Assembly (NCBI GenBank): GCA_031362565.1
Contig: JANLSU010000073.1
Coordinates: 86,555-150,554, forward strand
DNA from: a bacterium
GTDB taxonomy: Bacteria; Krumholzibacteriota; Krumholzibacteriia; G020349025
Reading direction: 5' to 3'
Length of the DNA: 64,000 nt
Under the pieces are notes generated by a model. The model saw only the letters and a list, made by a program, of their open reading frames with translations, was not told the DNA's origin and made no database searches. This document shows, piece by piece, positions 9,621-20,669 of this stretch. Numbering within the stretch: position 1 is the first letter of the stretch; each line of letters starts with the position of its first letter. The position numbers and the translations under genes were made by a program.

Positions 9621-11426
9621 ATGCTCCGACGGCGGCTGCTCTGGAAGCTGTTCTTCAACTACAGCGTGGTGATTCTGTTCTGCTTGGCGCTGGTGGGCGG
9701 TGTTCTTCTGCACCGCGAGCGTGCCACGAACAGCGCCCAGCTCGAAGGCGATCTAGCCCAGCTCGCGCGCGCGCTGGACGAGCGCCTGGCGCCATCGATG
9801 GATCTCGCCCGCGGCGCCGCCGCCGACAGCCTGGCCAAGATCATCGGTGCACGCACCGGGACGCGCATCACCATCATCGCCCCCGGCGGCCAAGTCCTCG
9901 CGGACACCAACGTCGATCCGCGCGGCATGGAAAACCACCGCTTCCGCCCCGAAGTGCAGGCGGCGCTCGCCGGCGGCATCGGACACGACACGCGGCTCAG
10001 CAAGAGTGATTTCGCGCCGCACCTCTACGTCGCCATCCCGTCCGTGGAGCGGCCCGGCTGGGTCGTACGGGTCGCGATTCCGATGGACTCGTATCTGCGC
10101 CGCCTCCGTGAGTCGACATCGATTCTCGTCGTCGGCGGTATTGTCACGGCGGCGCTGGCACTCCTTCTGGGATTCGTGTTCACGCGCCGCATTACCCGCC
10201 CCCTGGAGTCGATGGCGCGCGGACTCGAACGGCTCGAACGCGGTGAATTCGGCGTGCGGCTCGACCCGGGTTCGGACGACGAGGTGGGCCAGCTGGCGCG
10301 TACCCTCAATCGTGTCGAAGAGCGCCTTGAAGCCACGATTGCGTCGCTGACGTCGCAGCGCAACGAACGCGAGGCCATCCTGGCGAGCATGGTCGAAGGT
10401 CTCATCGCCTTGGACGGCGACGACCGCGTCCTGGTGATGAACGCCGCCGCCCGCCAAGTGTTGGGTATCGCCGAAGGCGACGAAGAAGGCCGCATGCTGC
10501 TCGAAGTGGCGCGTTACCCACAGCTCGTCGCCTTCGTGCAACAAGTGCGGGAATCGGGCCGGCCGCTGGCGGTGGAACTCGTGGTGCGCGACCCGCGCCC
10601 GCGCTACCTGGATTTGCACGGTGCGCCGCTGCGCATGGGAGAGTCATCGACCGGGGCCGTCGTCGTCTTCAACGACGTGACGCGGTTGCGCAAACTGGAG
10701 GAAGTCCGCAAGGAATTCGTCGCCAACGTGTCGCACGAACTCAAGACGCCGATCACATCCATCAAAGGCTTCGTCGAGACTCTGCTGGATGGTGGCGCAC
10801 TCGATGAACCGGAGAGCGCGCGGCGCTTCTTGACGATCATCGCGCGGCAGAGCGATCGTCTTGCATCGATCATCGACGATCTTCTGTACCTTTCCCGGCT
10901 CGAATACGAGGAGCGGAAGATCGCGCTCCAGCCGGTGGATCTGGCGCGTGTCATCGAGCATAGCGTCGCCAACTTCGAGCACGCGGCCGAAACCCGGCGG
11001 ATCGACCTGCGCTTCGAGATCACGGCCGCGCACCCGTGGACGCTCGGCGACGGCAGCCTCCTGCTGCGCGCCGTCGACAACCTGGTGGACAACGCGCTCA
11101 AGTACAGTCCGCCGGGTGGGCGTGTCGACGTACAGCTCGCCGAGCGCGACGGCGAACTGCAAGTCGCCGTGCGCGACCAGGGCATCGGCATTCCCGACGA
11201 ACACTTGCCGCGTATTTCGGAACGTTTCTACCGCGTCGACACGGCGCGCTCCCGCGAGCAGGGCGGCACCGGCCTCGGGCTCGCGATCGTCAAGCACATT
11301 GCCCGTGTCCACGCCGGCAACTTGCAGATTGAATCGCACCTTGGTACCGGCAGTTGCTTCACCATCCGCCTTCCACACCGCGCTGACCCCGTCTGGCGCG
11401 ACGAGCTCGACACGCCTGTTTCATGA
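9621..11426 (+). CDS. phoR: Sensor histidine kinase (sensor-HAMP-PAS-HisKA-HATPase), PhoR
   Basis: Motifs MENHRFRPEV, FVANVSHELKTP, NLVDNALKY, DQGIGIP, ERFYRVD and GGTGLGLAIVKH. Confidence 0.92.
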   Translation: MLRRRLLWKLFFNYSVVILFCLALVGGVLLHRERATNSAQLEGDLAQLARALDERLAPSMDLARGAAADSLAKIIGARTGTRITIIAPGGQVLADTNVDPRGMENHRFRPEVQAALAGGIGHDTRLSKSDFAPHLYVAIPSVERPGWVVRVAIPMDSYLRRLRESTSILVVGGIVTAALALLLGFVFTRRITRPLESMARGLERLERGEFGVRLDPGSDDEVGQLARTLNRVEERLEATIASLTSQRNEREAILASMVEGLIALDGDDRVLVMNAAARQVLGIAEGDEEGRMLLEVARYPQLVAFVQQVRESGRPLAVELVVRDPRPRYLDLHGAPLRMGESSTGAVVVFNDVTRLRKLEEVRKEFVANVSHELKTPITSIKGFVETLLDGGALDEPESARRFLTIIARQSDRLASIIDDLLYLSRLEYEERKIALQPVDLARVIEHSVANFEHAAETRRIDLRFEITAAHPWTLGDGSLLLRAVDNLVDNALKYSPPGGRVDVQLAERDGELQVAVRDQGIGIPDEHLPRISERFYRVDTARSREQGGTGLGLAIVKHIARVHAGNLQIESHLGTGSCFTIRLPHRADPVWRDELDTPVS

Positions 11427-11450
11427 AGATTGTTCAAAGAATCAGTCACC

Positions 11451-11467
11451 CTTAACGTGATCTTAAT
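11451..11467 (+). promoter_or_regulatory. Candidate Pho box upstream of pstS
   Basis: CTTAAC at 11451 and CTTAAT at 11462 (11-bp period) in an AT-rich patch about 100 bp before pstS. Confidence 0.45.
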
Positions 11468-11568
11468 CGTTTCCGACGATCCTAGAGAACGAGGCAAGCG
11501 GGGTCGAAGGTGGTCACGGAACCACCGACGGTTGGCCCCGCCGCCGGTTCTCTCCAAGGAGGATGTCC

Positions 11569-12570
11569 GTGAAACGACTCACGTCCAGCGCCGCGCTTCT
11601 CGCCCTGGCGATCGGATTCGGCCAGACCGCAGCGCGTGCGGACGAAGCCGTCCAGGTCGACCCCACGATTCCGGCCTACAAGAAGGTTCAGGGAATCTCG
11701 GGAAATCTCTCCGCCATTGGTTCCGACACCATGAACAACCTGATGACGTTGTGGGCGGAAGGCTTCAAGAAGTTCTATCCCAGTGTCAGCATCCAGGTCG
11801 AAGGCAAAGGCTCGAGTACGGCGCCGCCGGCCCTCATCGAGGGAACGGCGCAATTCGGCCCGATGTCGCGCGACATGAAGGCCGAGGAATCCGACGCCTT
11901 CGAGAAAAAATACGGCTTCAAGCCGACGCGGTTGCGCACCTGCCTGGATGCGCTCGCAGTGTATGTTCACAAGGACAATCCGCTCAAGTCGATGACGCTC
12001 GCCCAGGCCGACGCGATTTTCTCGAAGACGCGCAAGTTGGGTGCCGCCGAAGACATCACGACTTGGGGACAGTTGGGCCTGACGGGTGAATGGGCCCGCA
12101 AGCCAGTGAGCCTGTACGGACGCAACTCGGCATCCGGTACATACGGTTACTTCAAGGACCACGTTCTGCTGAAGGGCGACTTCAAAGACACGGTCAAGGA
12201 GCAGCCCGGGTCGGCATCCGTCGTGCAAGGCGTCACCGAGGATCAGTTCGGAATCGGCTATAGCGGTTGCGGCTACAAGACTTCGGGCGTCAAAGCACTG
12301 GCGCTGGCCAAGGACGCTAAGTCGCAGCCGGTCGACGGCCACTACGAAAACTTGCTCGCCAACACCTATCCGCTGAGCCGTTACCTGAACCTGTACGTGG
12401 CAAAGGAACCCGGCAAGCCGCTGGACCCAGTGCGCCGTGAATTCGTGCGCTTCGTGTTCAGCAAGGAAGGCCAGGAAATCGTCGTCAAGGACGGTTACTT
12501 CCCGCTGCCGCCGGCAACTGCGGCTCTGGAACTGAAGCAGATCGAAGACGGAGCCGCGGCCGGGAACTGA
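11569..12570 (+). CDS. pstS: Phosphate ABC transporter substrate-binding protein
   Basis: Signal peptide; motifs GSDTM, GKGSSTA, GRNSASGTY and YPLSRYL; AAGGAGG SD spacing favours GTG 11569 over ATG 11563. Confidence 0.95.
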   Translation: MKRLTSSAALLALAIGFGQTAARADEAVQVDPTIPAYKKVQGISGNLSAIGSDTMNNLMTLWAEGFKKFYPSVSIQVEGKGSSTAPPALIEGTAQFGPMSRDMKAEESDAFEKKYGFKPTRLRTCLDALAVYVHKDNPLKSMTLAQADAIFSKTRKLGAAEDITTWGQLGLTGEWARKPVSLYGRNSASGTYGYFKDHVLLKGDFKDTVKEQPGSASVVQGVTEDQFGIGYSGCGYKTSGVKALALAKDAKSQPVDGHYENLLANTYPLSRYLNLYVAKEPGKPLDPVRREFVRFVFSKEGQEIVVKDGYFPLPPATAALELKQIEDGAAAGN

Positions 12571-12600
12571 CCCGAAGGCTTCGATTGTTACGAATCGCAC

Positions 12601-12631
12601 CGGGGCGGGGCGGCCAAGCCGCTTCGCCCCG
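12601..12631 (+). terminator. Stem-loop between pstS and pstC (attenuator or mRNA-stabilising hairpin)
   Basis: CGGGGCGGGGCGGC-CAA-GCCGCTTCGCCCCG pairs with G-U allowed; no clear U-tract. Confidence 0.5.
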
Positions 12632-12650
12632 TGTGTTACACGGGAGCCGC

Positions 12651-14966
12651 ATGCGCCGGAGACTCGAAGCGTCCCCGCAGACTTGGAATCGCCTCGCCCG
12701 GTGGGTGATCACTTCGGGCGGCGTCCTGCTCATTCTCGCCGTGCTGGCCATTGTCGCCTTCATTGCCCGCGAAGCCTTCCCATTGTTCGGCAAGTCGCAC
12801 GTCACCGCCGAGGATTCCCGTTCGCCGGCGGTTCGCTCTTCGGCGCTCGCGGCCGGCATCGACGACGACCGTGACCTTGCGTTCGAAGTGCATCCCCATG
12901 CCACGGTGTTCTTCCGCATTGCCGACGGCGAGACGATCACCACGCGGCCGCACCCGTTCGGCAACGGCGTGGCTGCGACTTGTGCGCGCTTCGACGCGCG
13001 CCGCGGAGCGCTCGTGCTGGGCAGCGCCGATGGCCGGGTTGCGTACGGCAACGCCGAATTCGACGTGCGCTGGGACGGCGAGAAGCGTGTCGTGGTGCCG
13101 GCGTTGCGTTGGCGCGGAACGGCGGTACTGGATTCGACGGGCGCGGGGCTCGAGGATGCGACGGGCGACCGTGACGAAGACGGGCGGCTGGCGTTTGTCG
13201 GGCGCACCACACCGGGCCATGTGCGTTACGTGGCGACCGACGAATCAGGTACTCCCACGGGCCGGTTGGATCTCACCCCACAGGTTGGTTCGGTACCCGC
13301 AACGAGCTTGCTCTTGTCGTTGCACGCGGCGTTGCTCGCGGTGGGATCGGCGGACGGCACGGTGTATGTGTGGCAGCTCGGTGATCCCGCGGCGCCGCAT
13401 CTCGAGGACCATATCCGCGTGACGCCGGATACCATTACAGCATTGGGGCTGCTCCTTGGTGATCAGACTCTTGTTGCCGGGACATCGCGAGGCGACATCT
13501 CGAGCTGGCTGCGGGTGCGCTATGTCATCGCCAAGAATGAAAGCGAGGTCCCGGTCCGCGTCGACCAACAGATGCTGGCGCCGGGCCAAGAGGCAACCAT
13601 GCTCGATCGCGACTACGGCCGGCGCCTTGGGCACATCCCCGGGCTCCGATTCCGCACTGCCGGCCAGCCGTGGACCCACGTGCACGACTTCGGACGCCAT
13701 CCCGGCCCGATTGTCGCAATCGCCGCCGGGCCGCGCGGTCGGACGTTCGTAACCGCGGACGCATTGGGCCACTTGCGCCTCCAACATGCAACGACCTGCC
13801 GCACCCTCGTCGAAGTCGTGGTCGATGGCACCGAGCCGCGCGCTCCGGCCTTCGCGCCCAAGGGCAATGGACTCGCGGCGCTCTCGGACGGCCAGCGACT
13901 GCATGTCTGGGGTGTCGAGAATCCACATCCCGAAACAACCGTCGCTTCGCTCTTCCGTCCGACGTGGTACGAAGGCTACGCGGAACCCAAACATGTTTGG
14001 CAGTCGACCGGCGGCAGCGACGAGTTCGAACCCAAGCTCGGACTCGTGCCGTTGCTCGTGGGAACGCTCAAGGGCACGTTCTATGCGCTGCTCTTCTCGG
14101 TGCCGATCGCGGTGTTCGCGGCGCTCTATCTCTCGCAACTCGCTTCGCCGGGACTTCGCACCGCGGTCAAGCCCATCATCGAGCTGATGGCCGCAATGCC
14201 GAGCGTGGTGGTGGGGTTCTTGGCAGCGCTGTGGCTGGCGCCGTTGATCGAGAGCCACCTGGGTGCGACGGCGGGGGCGCTGGGTGGATTGCCGCTCGGC
14301 CTCGTGCTCGCGGTCGCGGCGTGGTACGCGCTGCCGCGACGGATGCGGCTCGCCGCGCGCCCCGGCGTTGAACTCGCGTTCCTGGTGCCCTTTCTCCTCG
14401 GCGCCGTGTGGGCCGGTGCGAGCGCTGGTGGCCCGCTCGAAGCGGCGTGGTTCGGCGGCGATTTGAAGCAGTGGCTCTTCGACCGTCACGGCATTACGTA
14501 CGACCAACGCAATTGCATCGTGGTTGGCATCGCGCTCGGTTTCGCGATCATTCCGATCATCTTCACGATCTCCGAGGATGCGATGGCGGCCGTGCCGCCG
14601 TCGCTGCGCACCGCGGCGTTGGCGCTGGGGGCAAGCCGCTGGCAGTCGGCGCTGCACATCGTGTTGCCGGCCGCGAGCCCCGGAATTTTTGCCGCGGTGA
14701 TGCTGGGGCTGGGGCGCGCCATCGGCGAGACGATGATCGTGCTCATGGCGACCGGCAATACACCCATCTTGGATTTCTCGCCGTTCAATGGCATGCGCAC
14801 CATGTCGGCCGGCATCGCCGTCGAAATTCCCGAGGCGCCGCATGGTGGCACTCTGTATCGCGTTTTGTTCTTGACCGGATTCCTCCTCTTCACATTCACA
14901 TTCTTGCTCAACACCGTCGCGGACGTCGTAAGCCGCAGGCTGAGGAAACGCTATGGCCAGTTCTAG
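12651..14966 (+). CDS. pstC: Phosphate ABC transporter permease PstC with a large beta-propeller-like periplasmic domain
   Basis: WD40-like repeats, WYEGY..P..WQS, IELMAAMPSVVVGF, ALALGASRWQ and GRAIGETMIV. Confidence 0.9.
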   Translation: MRRRLEASPQTWNRLARWVITSGGVLLILAVLAIVAFIAREAFPLFGKSHVTAEDSRSPAVRSSALAAGIDDDRDLAFEVHPHATVFFRIADGETITTRPHPFGNGVAATCARFDARRGALVLGSADGRVAYGNAEFDVRWDGEKRVVVPALRWRGTAVLDSTGAGLEDATGDRDEDGRLAFVGRTTPGHVRYVATDESGTPTGRLDLTPQVGSVPATSLLLSLHAALLAVGSADGTVYVWQLGDPAAPHLEDHIRVTPDTITALGLLLGDQTLVAGTSRGDISSWLRVRYVIAKNESEVPVRVDQQMLAPGQEATMLDRDYGRRLGHIPGLRFRTAGQPWTHVHDFGRHPGPIVAIAAGPRGRTFVTADALGHLRLQHATTCRTLVEVVVDGTEPRAPAFAPKGNGLAALSDGQRLHVWGVENPHPETTVASLFRPTWYEGYAEPKHVWQSTGGSDEFEPKLGLVPLLVGTLKGTFYALLFSVPIAVFAALYLSQLASPGLRTAVKPIIELMAAMPSVVVGFLAALWLAPLIESHLGATAGALGGLPLGLVLAVAAWYALPRRMRLAARPGVELAFLVPFLLGAVWAGASAGGPLEAAWFGGDLKQWLFDRHGITYDQRNCIVVGIALGFAIIPIIFTISEDAMAAVPPSLRTAALALGASRWQSALHIVLPAASPGIFAAVMLGLGRAIGETMIVLMATGNTPILDFSPFNGMRTMSAGIAVEIPEAPHGGTLYRVLFLTGFLLFTFTFLLNTVADVVSRRLRKRYGQF

Positions 14967-16692
14967 TGTTCAGCCCGCCAGACCGGCCGGCAGTGCGGCG
15001 GCACCGCACGCCATGACGGCGCCTGAGCCGGCGCCGCCGGGCGGCAACCAGGCGCGGCGCCGATTGCATGTGACGCGCGACGGCTGGCTCGACTTTCGCC
15101 GCCAAGGCATCCCGGCGGTCTGGTCCACGGGTGCCATGGTGCTGCTCATCTTGATGTTGGTCGTGGGGATGATCGCCCTCGTGCTGTCGCAAGGCCTGCG
15201 ACATTTTTGGCCGTCGGCCATGGTGCAAGTGACCGCGTCCGACGGCACCGTACTCGGTCCCATCATGGAACACGAGGTCCTGGCGGCACGCCGCGGCGAC
15301 CCGGCTCGCGATCGCATCCTGCTCAAGATCGGCAATCGCGACATCAACGGGCTCGACTTCAAGTGGTTCGACACGAGCGCGATTCAAGCGCGCAGCGCGC
15401 CCGCTGCTGCCGTGGTGGTCGAGCGGCGCGAGCATGGCGACTTCCATGGTTACTTACGCCGGATCCTGCGGGACCAATCGGTCGTGGCGGATAGCACGGC
15501 TGCCTGGGGCGCGCTCGCACAACAGATGTCGCAAGTACGGGACGAAACGCGGGCGCTGGAGAAAATCGATGCGGCGCTCGAGAAACTCCAGGCGCCGGCG
15601 GTGCGATTGGAAGCACAACGCGACCTGGCGCGCCGGCGCCATGCGCCCGACATCGGTGCGATCGAGACACGTCTCGAAGCCGAACGGCACAGAACCGCGG
15701 CGCGCACTGCGCAACTGGAGGCGGAGCGCGACGCGCAGGCCGCCCGCCTCGCGGGACGCGTCGCCATCTTCGCCACTGCCGACGGAGCGGAAAAGACGCT
15801 GCGTCTCGACACCATCGTACGCGCCTACCGGCCGAACGCCATGAGCCTGCCGCGCAAAGTCCAACACTACGCCGCCAAGTTGGTGGAATTCGTGTTCACC
15901 GGGCCGCGGGAATCGAACACCGAAGGTGGCATCCTGCCGGCGCTCTTCGGCACCTTCCTCATGGTGGTCCTGATGACGATCGTGGTGGTGCCCTTGGGCG
16001 TCATCGCCGCGCTGTATCTGCACGAGTATGCCAAGCAAGGTCCGGTGTTGCGGGCGGTGCGGCTTGCCGTCAGCAACCTGGCGGGCGTACCGTCCATCGT
16101 CTTCGGGATGTTCGGTCTCGCCTTCTTCGTGTATGGCGTCGGCGGATTCCTCGATCGGACATTCTTCGCGGCGTCGCTTCCCAACCCGACGTTCGGGACC
16201 GGCGGTGTGCTGTGGGCGTCACTGACGCTGTCGCTGCTGACTCTGCCAGTGGTGATTGTCGCGACGGAGGAAGGCTTGAGTTCGGTGCCGCGCGCCAACC
16301 GCGAGGGCTCGCTCGCCCGCGGCGCCACCCAGTGGCAGACGTTGCGCCATGTCGTGCTGCCGAATGCGCTGCCCGGGATCTTGACGGGCTTGATCCTTGC
16401 AGTCAGCCGCGGCGCCGGCGAAGTCGCCCCGCTCATGCTGACGGGAGTCGTCAAACTGGCACCGGATTTGGCGGTCGATGCCACCGCGCCGTTCATCCAC
16501 CTGGAACGCAAGTTCATGCACCTGGGATTCCATATCTACGACGTGTCGATGCAATCGCCGAATGTCGAGGCCGCGAAGCCGATGGTTTATACGACGACGT
16601 TGTTGCTGCTCGTGCTGGTGGTGGCGTTGAACGCCTCCGCCATCGTCATGCGCAACCGGATGCGCCGTCGCTACCGTGGAGCTGCATTGTGA
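14953..16692 (+). CDS. pstA: Phosphate ABC transporter permease PstA (long form with a coiled-coil insert)
   Basis: Motifs [35 protein letters not shown] and [10 protein letters not shown]. Confidence 0.92.
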   Translation: MASSSVQPARPAGSAAAPHAMTAPEPAPPGGNQARRRLHVTRDGWLDFRRQGIPAVWSTGAMVLLILMLVVGMIALVLSQGLRHFWPSAMVQVTASDGTVLGPIMEHEVLAARRGDPARDRILLKIGNRDINGLDFKWFDTSAIQARSAPAAAVVVERREHGDFHGYLRRILRDQSVVADSTAAWGALAQQMSQVRDETRALEKIDAALEKLQAPAVRLEAQRDLARRRHAPDIGAIETRLEAERHRTAARTAQLEAERDAQAARLAGRVAIFATADGAEKTLRLDTIVRAYRPNAMSLPRKVQHYAAKLVEFVFTGPRESNTEGGILPALFGTFLMVVLMTIVVVPLGVIAALYLHEYAKQGPVLRAVRLAVSNLAGVPSIVFGMFGLAFFVYGVGGFLDRTFFAASLPNPTFGTGGVLWASLTLSLLTLPVVIVATEEGLSSVPRANREGSLARGATQWQTLRHVVLPNALPGILTGLILAVSRGAGEVAPLMLTGVVKLAPDLAVDATAPFIHLERKFMHLGFHIYDVSMQSPNVEAAKPMVYTTTLLLLVLVVALNASAIVMRNRMRRRYRGAAL

Positions 16693-17540
16693 ACGCCGAA
16701 GAGACACCGGCCGGCGCCGCGAATGGCGCTTTGTCCGCTGCACCCGAAGCCGGAACCGCCGCCGCCGTGCCGGGCGTGAACGCCGAGTCGTGGGCCGTGG
16801 AAGCACGGGCGCTGCGCTTTTACTACGGCCCGTCGCTGGCGCTCAAGGGCATCGACATTCAGATTCCGCGCAATCAGGTCACGGCGTTCATCGGGCCGTC
16901 CGGCTGCGGCAAATCGACCCTGCTGCGCTGCTTCAACCGCATGAACGACCTGATCGAACACTCGCGAGTCGAGGGCCAGGTGCTGGTGGATGGCGAGGAT
17001 ATCTACCACCGCGACATGCAGATGGAAGCGCTGCGCAAGCGTGTCGGCATGGTGTTCCAGAAGTCGAACCCGTTTCCGATGAGTATCTACGAGAACCTCA
17101 CCTTCGGACCGCGGATGCGCGGCATTCGCAACCGGACGGCGCTCGACGGCATCGTGGAGCACGCGCTCAAACGCGCCGACCTATGGCGCGAGGTGAAGGA
17201 CCGGCTCAAGGACTCGGCGCTCGCGCTCTCCGGCGGCCAGCAGCAGCGGCTGTGTATCGCACGCACGCTCGCCAACGAACCGGAGATCGTTCTCATGGAC
17301 GAGCCGGCCTCGGCACTCGACCCCATCTCGACCGGCAAGATCGAAGAAACCATTCACGAGCTGAAGCAGGAGTACACGATCATCATCGTGACGCACAACA
17401 TGCAGCAGGCGGCGCGTTGTTCGGACTTGACCGCGTTCTTCTACTTGGGCGAACTTATCGAGATGGATCGCACCGAGCGTATCTTCAGCGGGCCGTCCAA
17501 GAAGGAAACCGAAGACTATGTGACCGGGAAGTTCGGATGA
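16689..17540 (+). CDS. pstB: Phosphate ABC transporter ATP-binding protein
   Basis: Walker [43 protein letters not shown] and the terminus [12 protein letters not shown] overlap with pstA. Confidence 0.97.
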   Translation: MNAEETPAGAANGALSAAPEAGTAAAVPGVNAESWAVEARALRFYYGPSLALKGIDIQIPRNQVTAFIGPSGCGKSTLLRCFNRMNDLIEHSRVEGQVLVDGEDIYHRDMQMEALRKRVGMVFQKSNPFPMSIYENLTFGPRMRGIRNRTALDGIVEHALKRADLWREVKDRLKDSALALSGGQQQRLCIARTLANEPEIVLMDEPASALDPISTGKIEETIHELKQEYTIIIVTHNMQQAARCSDLTAFFYLGELIEMDRTERIFSGPSKKETEDYVTGKFG

Positions 17541-17568
17541 GCGTGTCGACCAAGGGGCGGTGCAGGCG

Positions 17569-18225
17569 ATGAAGCGGCATTTTGAACGCGAAATGGACCA
17601 TCTGAAGGCGCGGCTGCTGCACATGGGGGCTACGGTGGAGGATCTGGTCGCGCGGTCCATTCAAGCGCTGACGGAGCGCAACCGGGAACTCGCCCTGGAA
17701 GCCATCGCGCTGGAGCGCGAAATCGACCAGCAGGAAATTCAGATCGAGGAAGAGTGCCTGAAGCTGCTGGCGCTGTATCAGCCGGTGGCCGGCGATCTGC
17801 GCTTCGTGACCGCCGTCCTGAAGATCAACAATGACTTGGAGCGCATGGGCGATCTCGGATTTCACATCGCCGAGCGCGCCCTCGTTCTGTGTGACCACAA
17901 GGATGTGCGCCTGCCGGTCGATCTGCGAAACATGGCGGCGGCCGTGCAGCGCATGCTGCGCATGTCACTCGACGCCCTCGTGAACCAGGACGCGGAGATC
18001 GCCGCACTCGTCATCGCGGCCGACGCCGAGGTGGACGCCTATCATCATGAGATGTACCCAATGATCGCGCGCCAGGTGAAGATCGCGCCGGATTCGACCG
18101 AGGTGCTGCTGCACGTGCTCTCGGCGTCGCGCCACTTGGAACGGATCGCCGACTACGCGACCAATGTCGCGGAGGATGTCGTGTATCTGGTGCGCGGCGA
18201 AATCATCCGCCACCGGCAGGACTGA
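17569..18225 (+). CDS. phoU: Phosphate signalling complex protein PhoU
   Basis: Motifs QPVAGDLR, NDLERMGD and LERIADYATNVAEDV. Confidence 0.95.
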   Translation: MKRHFEREMDHLKARLLHMGATVEDLVARSIQALTERNRELALEAIALEREIDQQEIQIEEECLKLLALYQPVAGDLRFVTAVLKINNDLERMGDLGFHIAERALVLCDHKDVRLPVDLRNMAAAVQRMLRMSLDALVNQDAEIAALVIAADAEVDAYHHEMYPMIARQVKIAPDSTEVLLHVLSASRHLERIADYATNVAEDVVYLVRGEIIRHRQD

Positions 18226-18245
18226 CGCCGCGCATTCCAACGCAG

Positions 18246-20669
18246 TTAGATCTTCAGCTTGCCGCGCAAGCGCGCCCAGAAACCGGAGCGCTCTTGCTGC
18301 TGTTGCTGCTGGATGCCGGGATCCGGTTTCGCCTCGTCGGGTCCGAAGATGCGGTCGAAACGGTCGCCGAAGGATGGCGAGTGCAGGCTGCAATAATCTT
18401 GCGGACCGGTGTCGGCGAGATACGCTGCCGGCTCGACGTCGGGGCAGGTGCTGTTGGCGATTTGCCCGGTGAGCGGATCGATGGACCGGAAGGTGATGCC
18501 CTCCGGCTCCTTGAACGTCGCATCCCAGCCCTGGCCGAGCCAGGCCGCCATTTCGCCGCACCAAACGGGCAGCGCCGCCGAGGCACCGGAGAGCTTGGTG
18601 GGCGCGTCGTCGTCGTGCCCCATCCACACCGCGCTCACGAGTTCAGGCGTATACCCCACGAACCACGTGTCGCGCGCTTTGTCCGAAGTGCCGGTCTTGC
18701 CCGCCGCCAAGTGATTGAAGCCCAAGCGCGACGCCGAGGCACCGGTGCCGAAACGCAAGACGCCTACCAACATGTCGGTGACGAGGTACGTGCCCTCGGC
18801 ACTCGCGACGCGGGTTGCCGCGGGGCGTTCGGCGCGGACGCTGCGGTCGCCGATCCAGACTTCGGAGAGGGCGTGCGGGGTGACCGTGAAGCCACTGTTC
18901 GCAAAGCACGCGTAGGCGCCCGCGAGCCGTAACGGCGATGTCTCGACGGCGCCCAAACAGATGGACGGGTTGCGCGGGACCTTGTCGGCGACGCCGAGGC
19001 GTTCCGCGAGCGCGGCCACGCGGCCAATGCCGACCTCCATACCGAGCGCCACGGTCGCGGTGTTGATCGAGTGCTCGAGCGCTTGGCGCACCGTGACCGT
19101 GCCGCGGAACTCGCCGTCGAAGTTGGCCGGTGCCCACGTCTGATCGCCGACCTGGTAGGTGCGCAAGGTGTCGGGCAAGAGCGTCGATTGAGTGACCAAG
19201 GGTCCATCGTCGAGGCCGCCCATGGCGGCCAAGTACACGAACGGCTTGAAGGTGCTGCCGACCTGGCGTGAAATGCTCGTCGCCCGGTTGAACGGCGCCA
19301 ATGCGTAGTCGCTGCCGCCGACGACGGCCCGCAATGCGCCGTTACGCGGGTCGAGCGAGACGACCGCGCCCTGCAAGGCAGTCTTCGACTTGGAGCGCGA
19401 ATCGCGCTTGGCCGCCGCCACGAGGCCGCGTTCGAGCGCCTGGGCGGCGCGCAATTGCAGAATGGGATCGACGCACGCCACGATCGTCGCCGGCGGCTCG
19501 ATGCGATGCTGCTCCCGCAGATCCTTCCATTCCTTGTCCAAGACATCGAAGAAGTACGCCATCTGTGCTTCGTCGAAGTCGATGCGATCGGCGGTCGAGG
19601 CTGCGGTCTCGAGCGCCACCGGCGCCGCTTCATCATCCGGACCGTCCCAGGCGGCGTCCGCCTTGCGGTGTTTCGCATCCTGTTGTTTGACGTCGGGCGC
19701 CGCCTTGGCGATGGCCTTCGTGTAGTCCGCCAGGCGCTCTCGATGCCGCTTCGGCGACGCCGCATTGGGAGCCCGAATCGCCGCCGCTAATTCGTAGCAC
19801 TGTTTGTCGGTGAGTTCGACGAGCGACGTGCCGAAGAAGTAGCGGGCGCCTTCGGCGGCGCCGTGAATGTCGAAGGGTCCCTCGTGACCGAGGTAGACGT
19901 TGTTCAGGTACACCGTGAGGATGTCCTGTTTGGTGAACCGGCGTTCGACGAGCAACGCCAACAGCGCCTCGTCGATCTTGGCCGGTAGTTCGCGGCGGGT
20001 GCGATTCAAGATGATCTTGATGGTTTGCTGGGTGATCGTGCTGCCGCCCTCGACGACACGTCCGTGCGAGGCATTGCGGGCCAGGGCGCGGACGATACCT
20101 CGCCAGTCGACGCCCGGGTGTTCGAAGAAGCGGCGGTCTTCGGCGGCAAGCACCGCGGTGACGAGCTGCGGTGGAATGTCGGCGTACGTGACCGGTGCGC
20201 GCCGCTCGTGCAGCGACGTGAGAAAAGAGGTGAGGTGCTCGGGCGGCAATGCCACCTGGTCGGCGTATTCGCCGTGAATCGTCACCGACGAGACGACGCC
20301 GGCAGCCAAGTCGAGGCGGACGGGGTTGTCGGCATCGTCGGCACGCCGGTATTCGATGGCATCGGCGAGAGCCCGAAACTGTCCGGCAGCAGGTTCGTCG
20401 CGCACCCGGCGCAGGCCGGCGCGTGCGAGGCGGCCGGCGATACCAGTGGCGCGCGCATCGGTTCCGGCGCGCACGTGCAACGGTTCGGCGACGACGTGAA
20501 AGTAGGCGCCACGCGATAGCGATTCGAATTCGTTCAGCACACGGTGACTGCTGGTGCCGAAATGCAGCCCATACAGACCTGTCAGGCCCAAGGCAAGAGT
20601 GCCGGCAGCTAGGCCCATGATGCGCACCATGCGACGCAGCCTCGAAGTTTGAGATCCTTGGACCGCCAC
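18246..20669 (-). CDS. Class A penicillin-binding protein (transglycosylase-transpeptidase, PBP1B-like)
   Basis: TG motifs AEDRRFFEHPGVD, GGSTITQQ and YLNNVYLG; TP motifs STFK, SIN and KTGT; N-terminal TM; GTG at 20669 has a SD. Confidence 0.9.
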   Translation of the reverse strand: MAVQGSQTSRLRRMVRIMGLAAGTLALGLTGLYGLHFGTSSHRVLNEFESLSRGAYFHVVAEPLHVRAGTDARATGIAGRLARAGLRRVRDEPAAGQFRALADAIEYRRADDADNPVRLDLAAGVVSSVTIHGEYADQVALPPEHLTSFLTSLHERRAPVTYADIPPQLVTAVLAAEDRRFFEHPGVDWRGIVRALARNASHGRVVEGGSTITQQTIKIILNRTRRELPAKIDEALLALLVERRFTKQDILTVYLNNVYLGHEGPFDIHGAAEGARYFFGTSLVELTDKQCYELAAAIRAPNAASPKRHRERLADYTKAIAKAAPDVKQQDAKHRKADAAWDGPDDEAAPVALETAASTADRIDFDEAQMAYFFDVLDKEWKDLREQHRIEPPATIVACVDPILQLRAAQALERGLVAAAKRDSRSKSKTALQGAVVSLDPRNGALRAVVGGSDYALAPFNRATSISRQVGSTFKPFVYLAAMGGLDDGPLVTQSTLLPDTLRTYQVGDQTWAPANFDGEFRGTVTVRQALEHSINTATVALGMEVGIGRVAALAERLGVADKVPRNPSICLGAVETSPLRLAGAYACFANSGFTVTPHALSEVWIGDRSVRAERPAATRVASAEGTYLVTDMLVGVLRFGTGASASRLGFNHLAAGKTGTSDKARDTWFVGYTPELVSAVWMGHDDDAPTKLSGASAALPVWCGEMAAWLGQGWDATFKEPEGITFRSIDPLTGQIANSTCPDVEPAAYLADTGPQDYCSLHSPSFGDRFDRIFGPDEAKPDPGIQQQQQQERSGFWARLRGKLKI

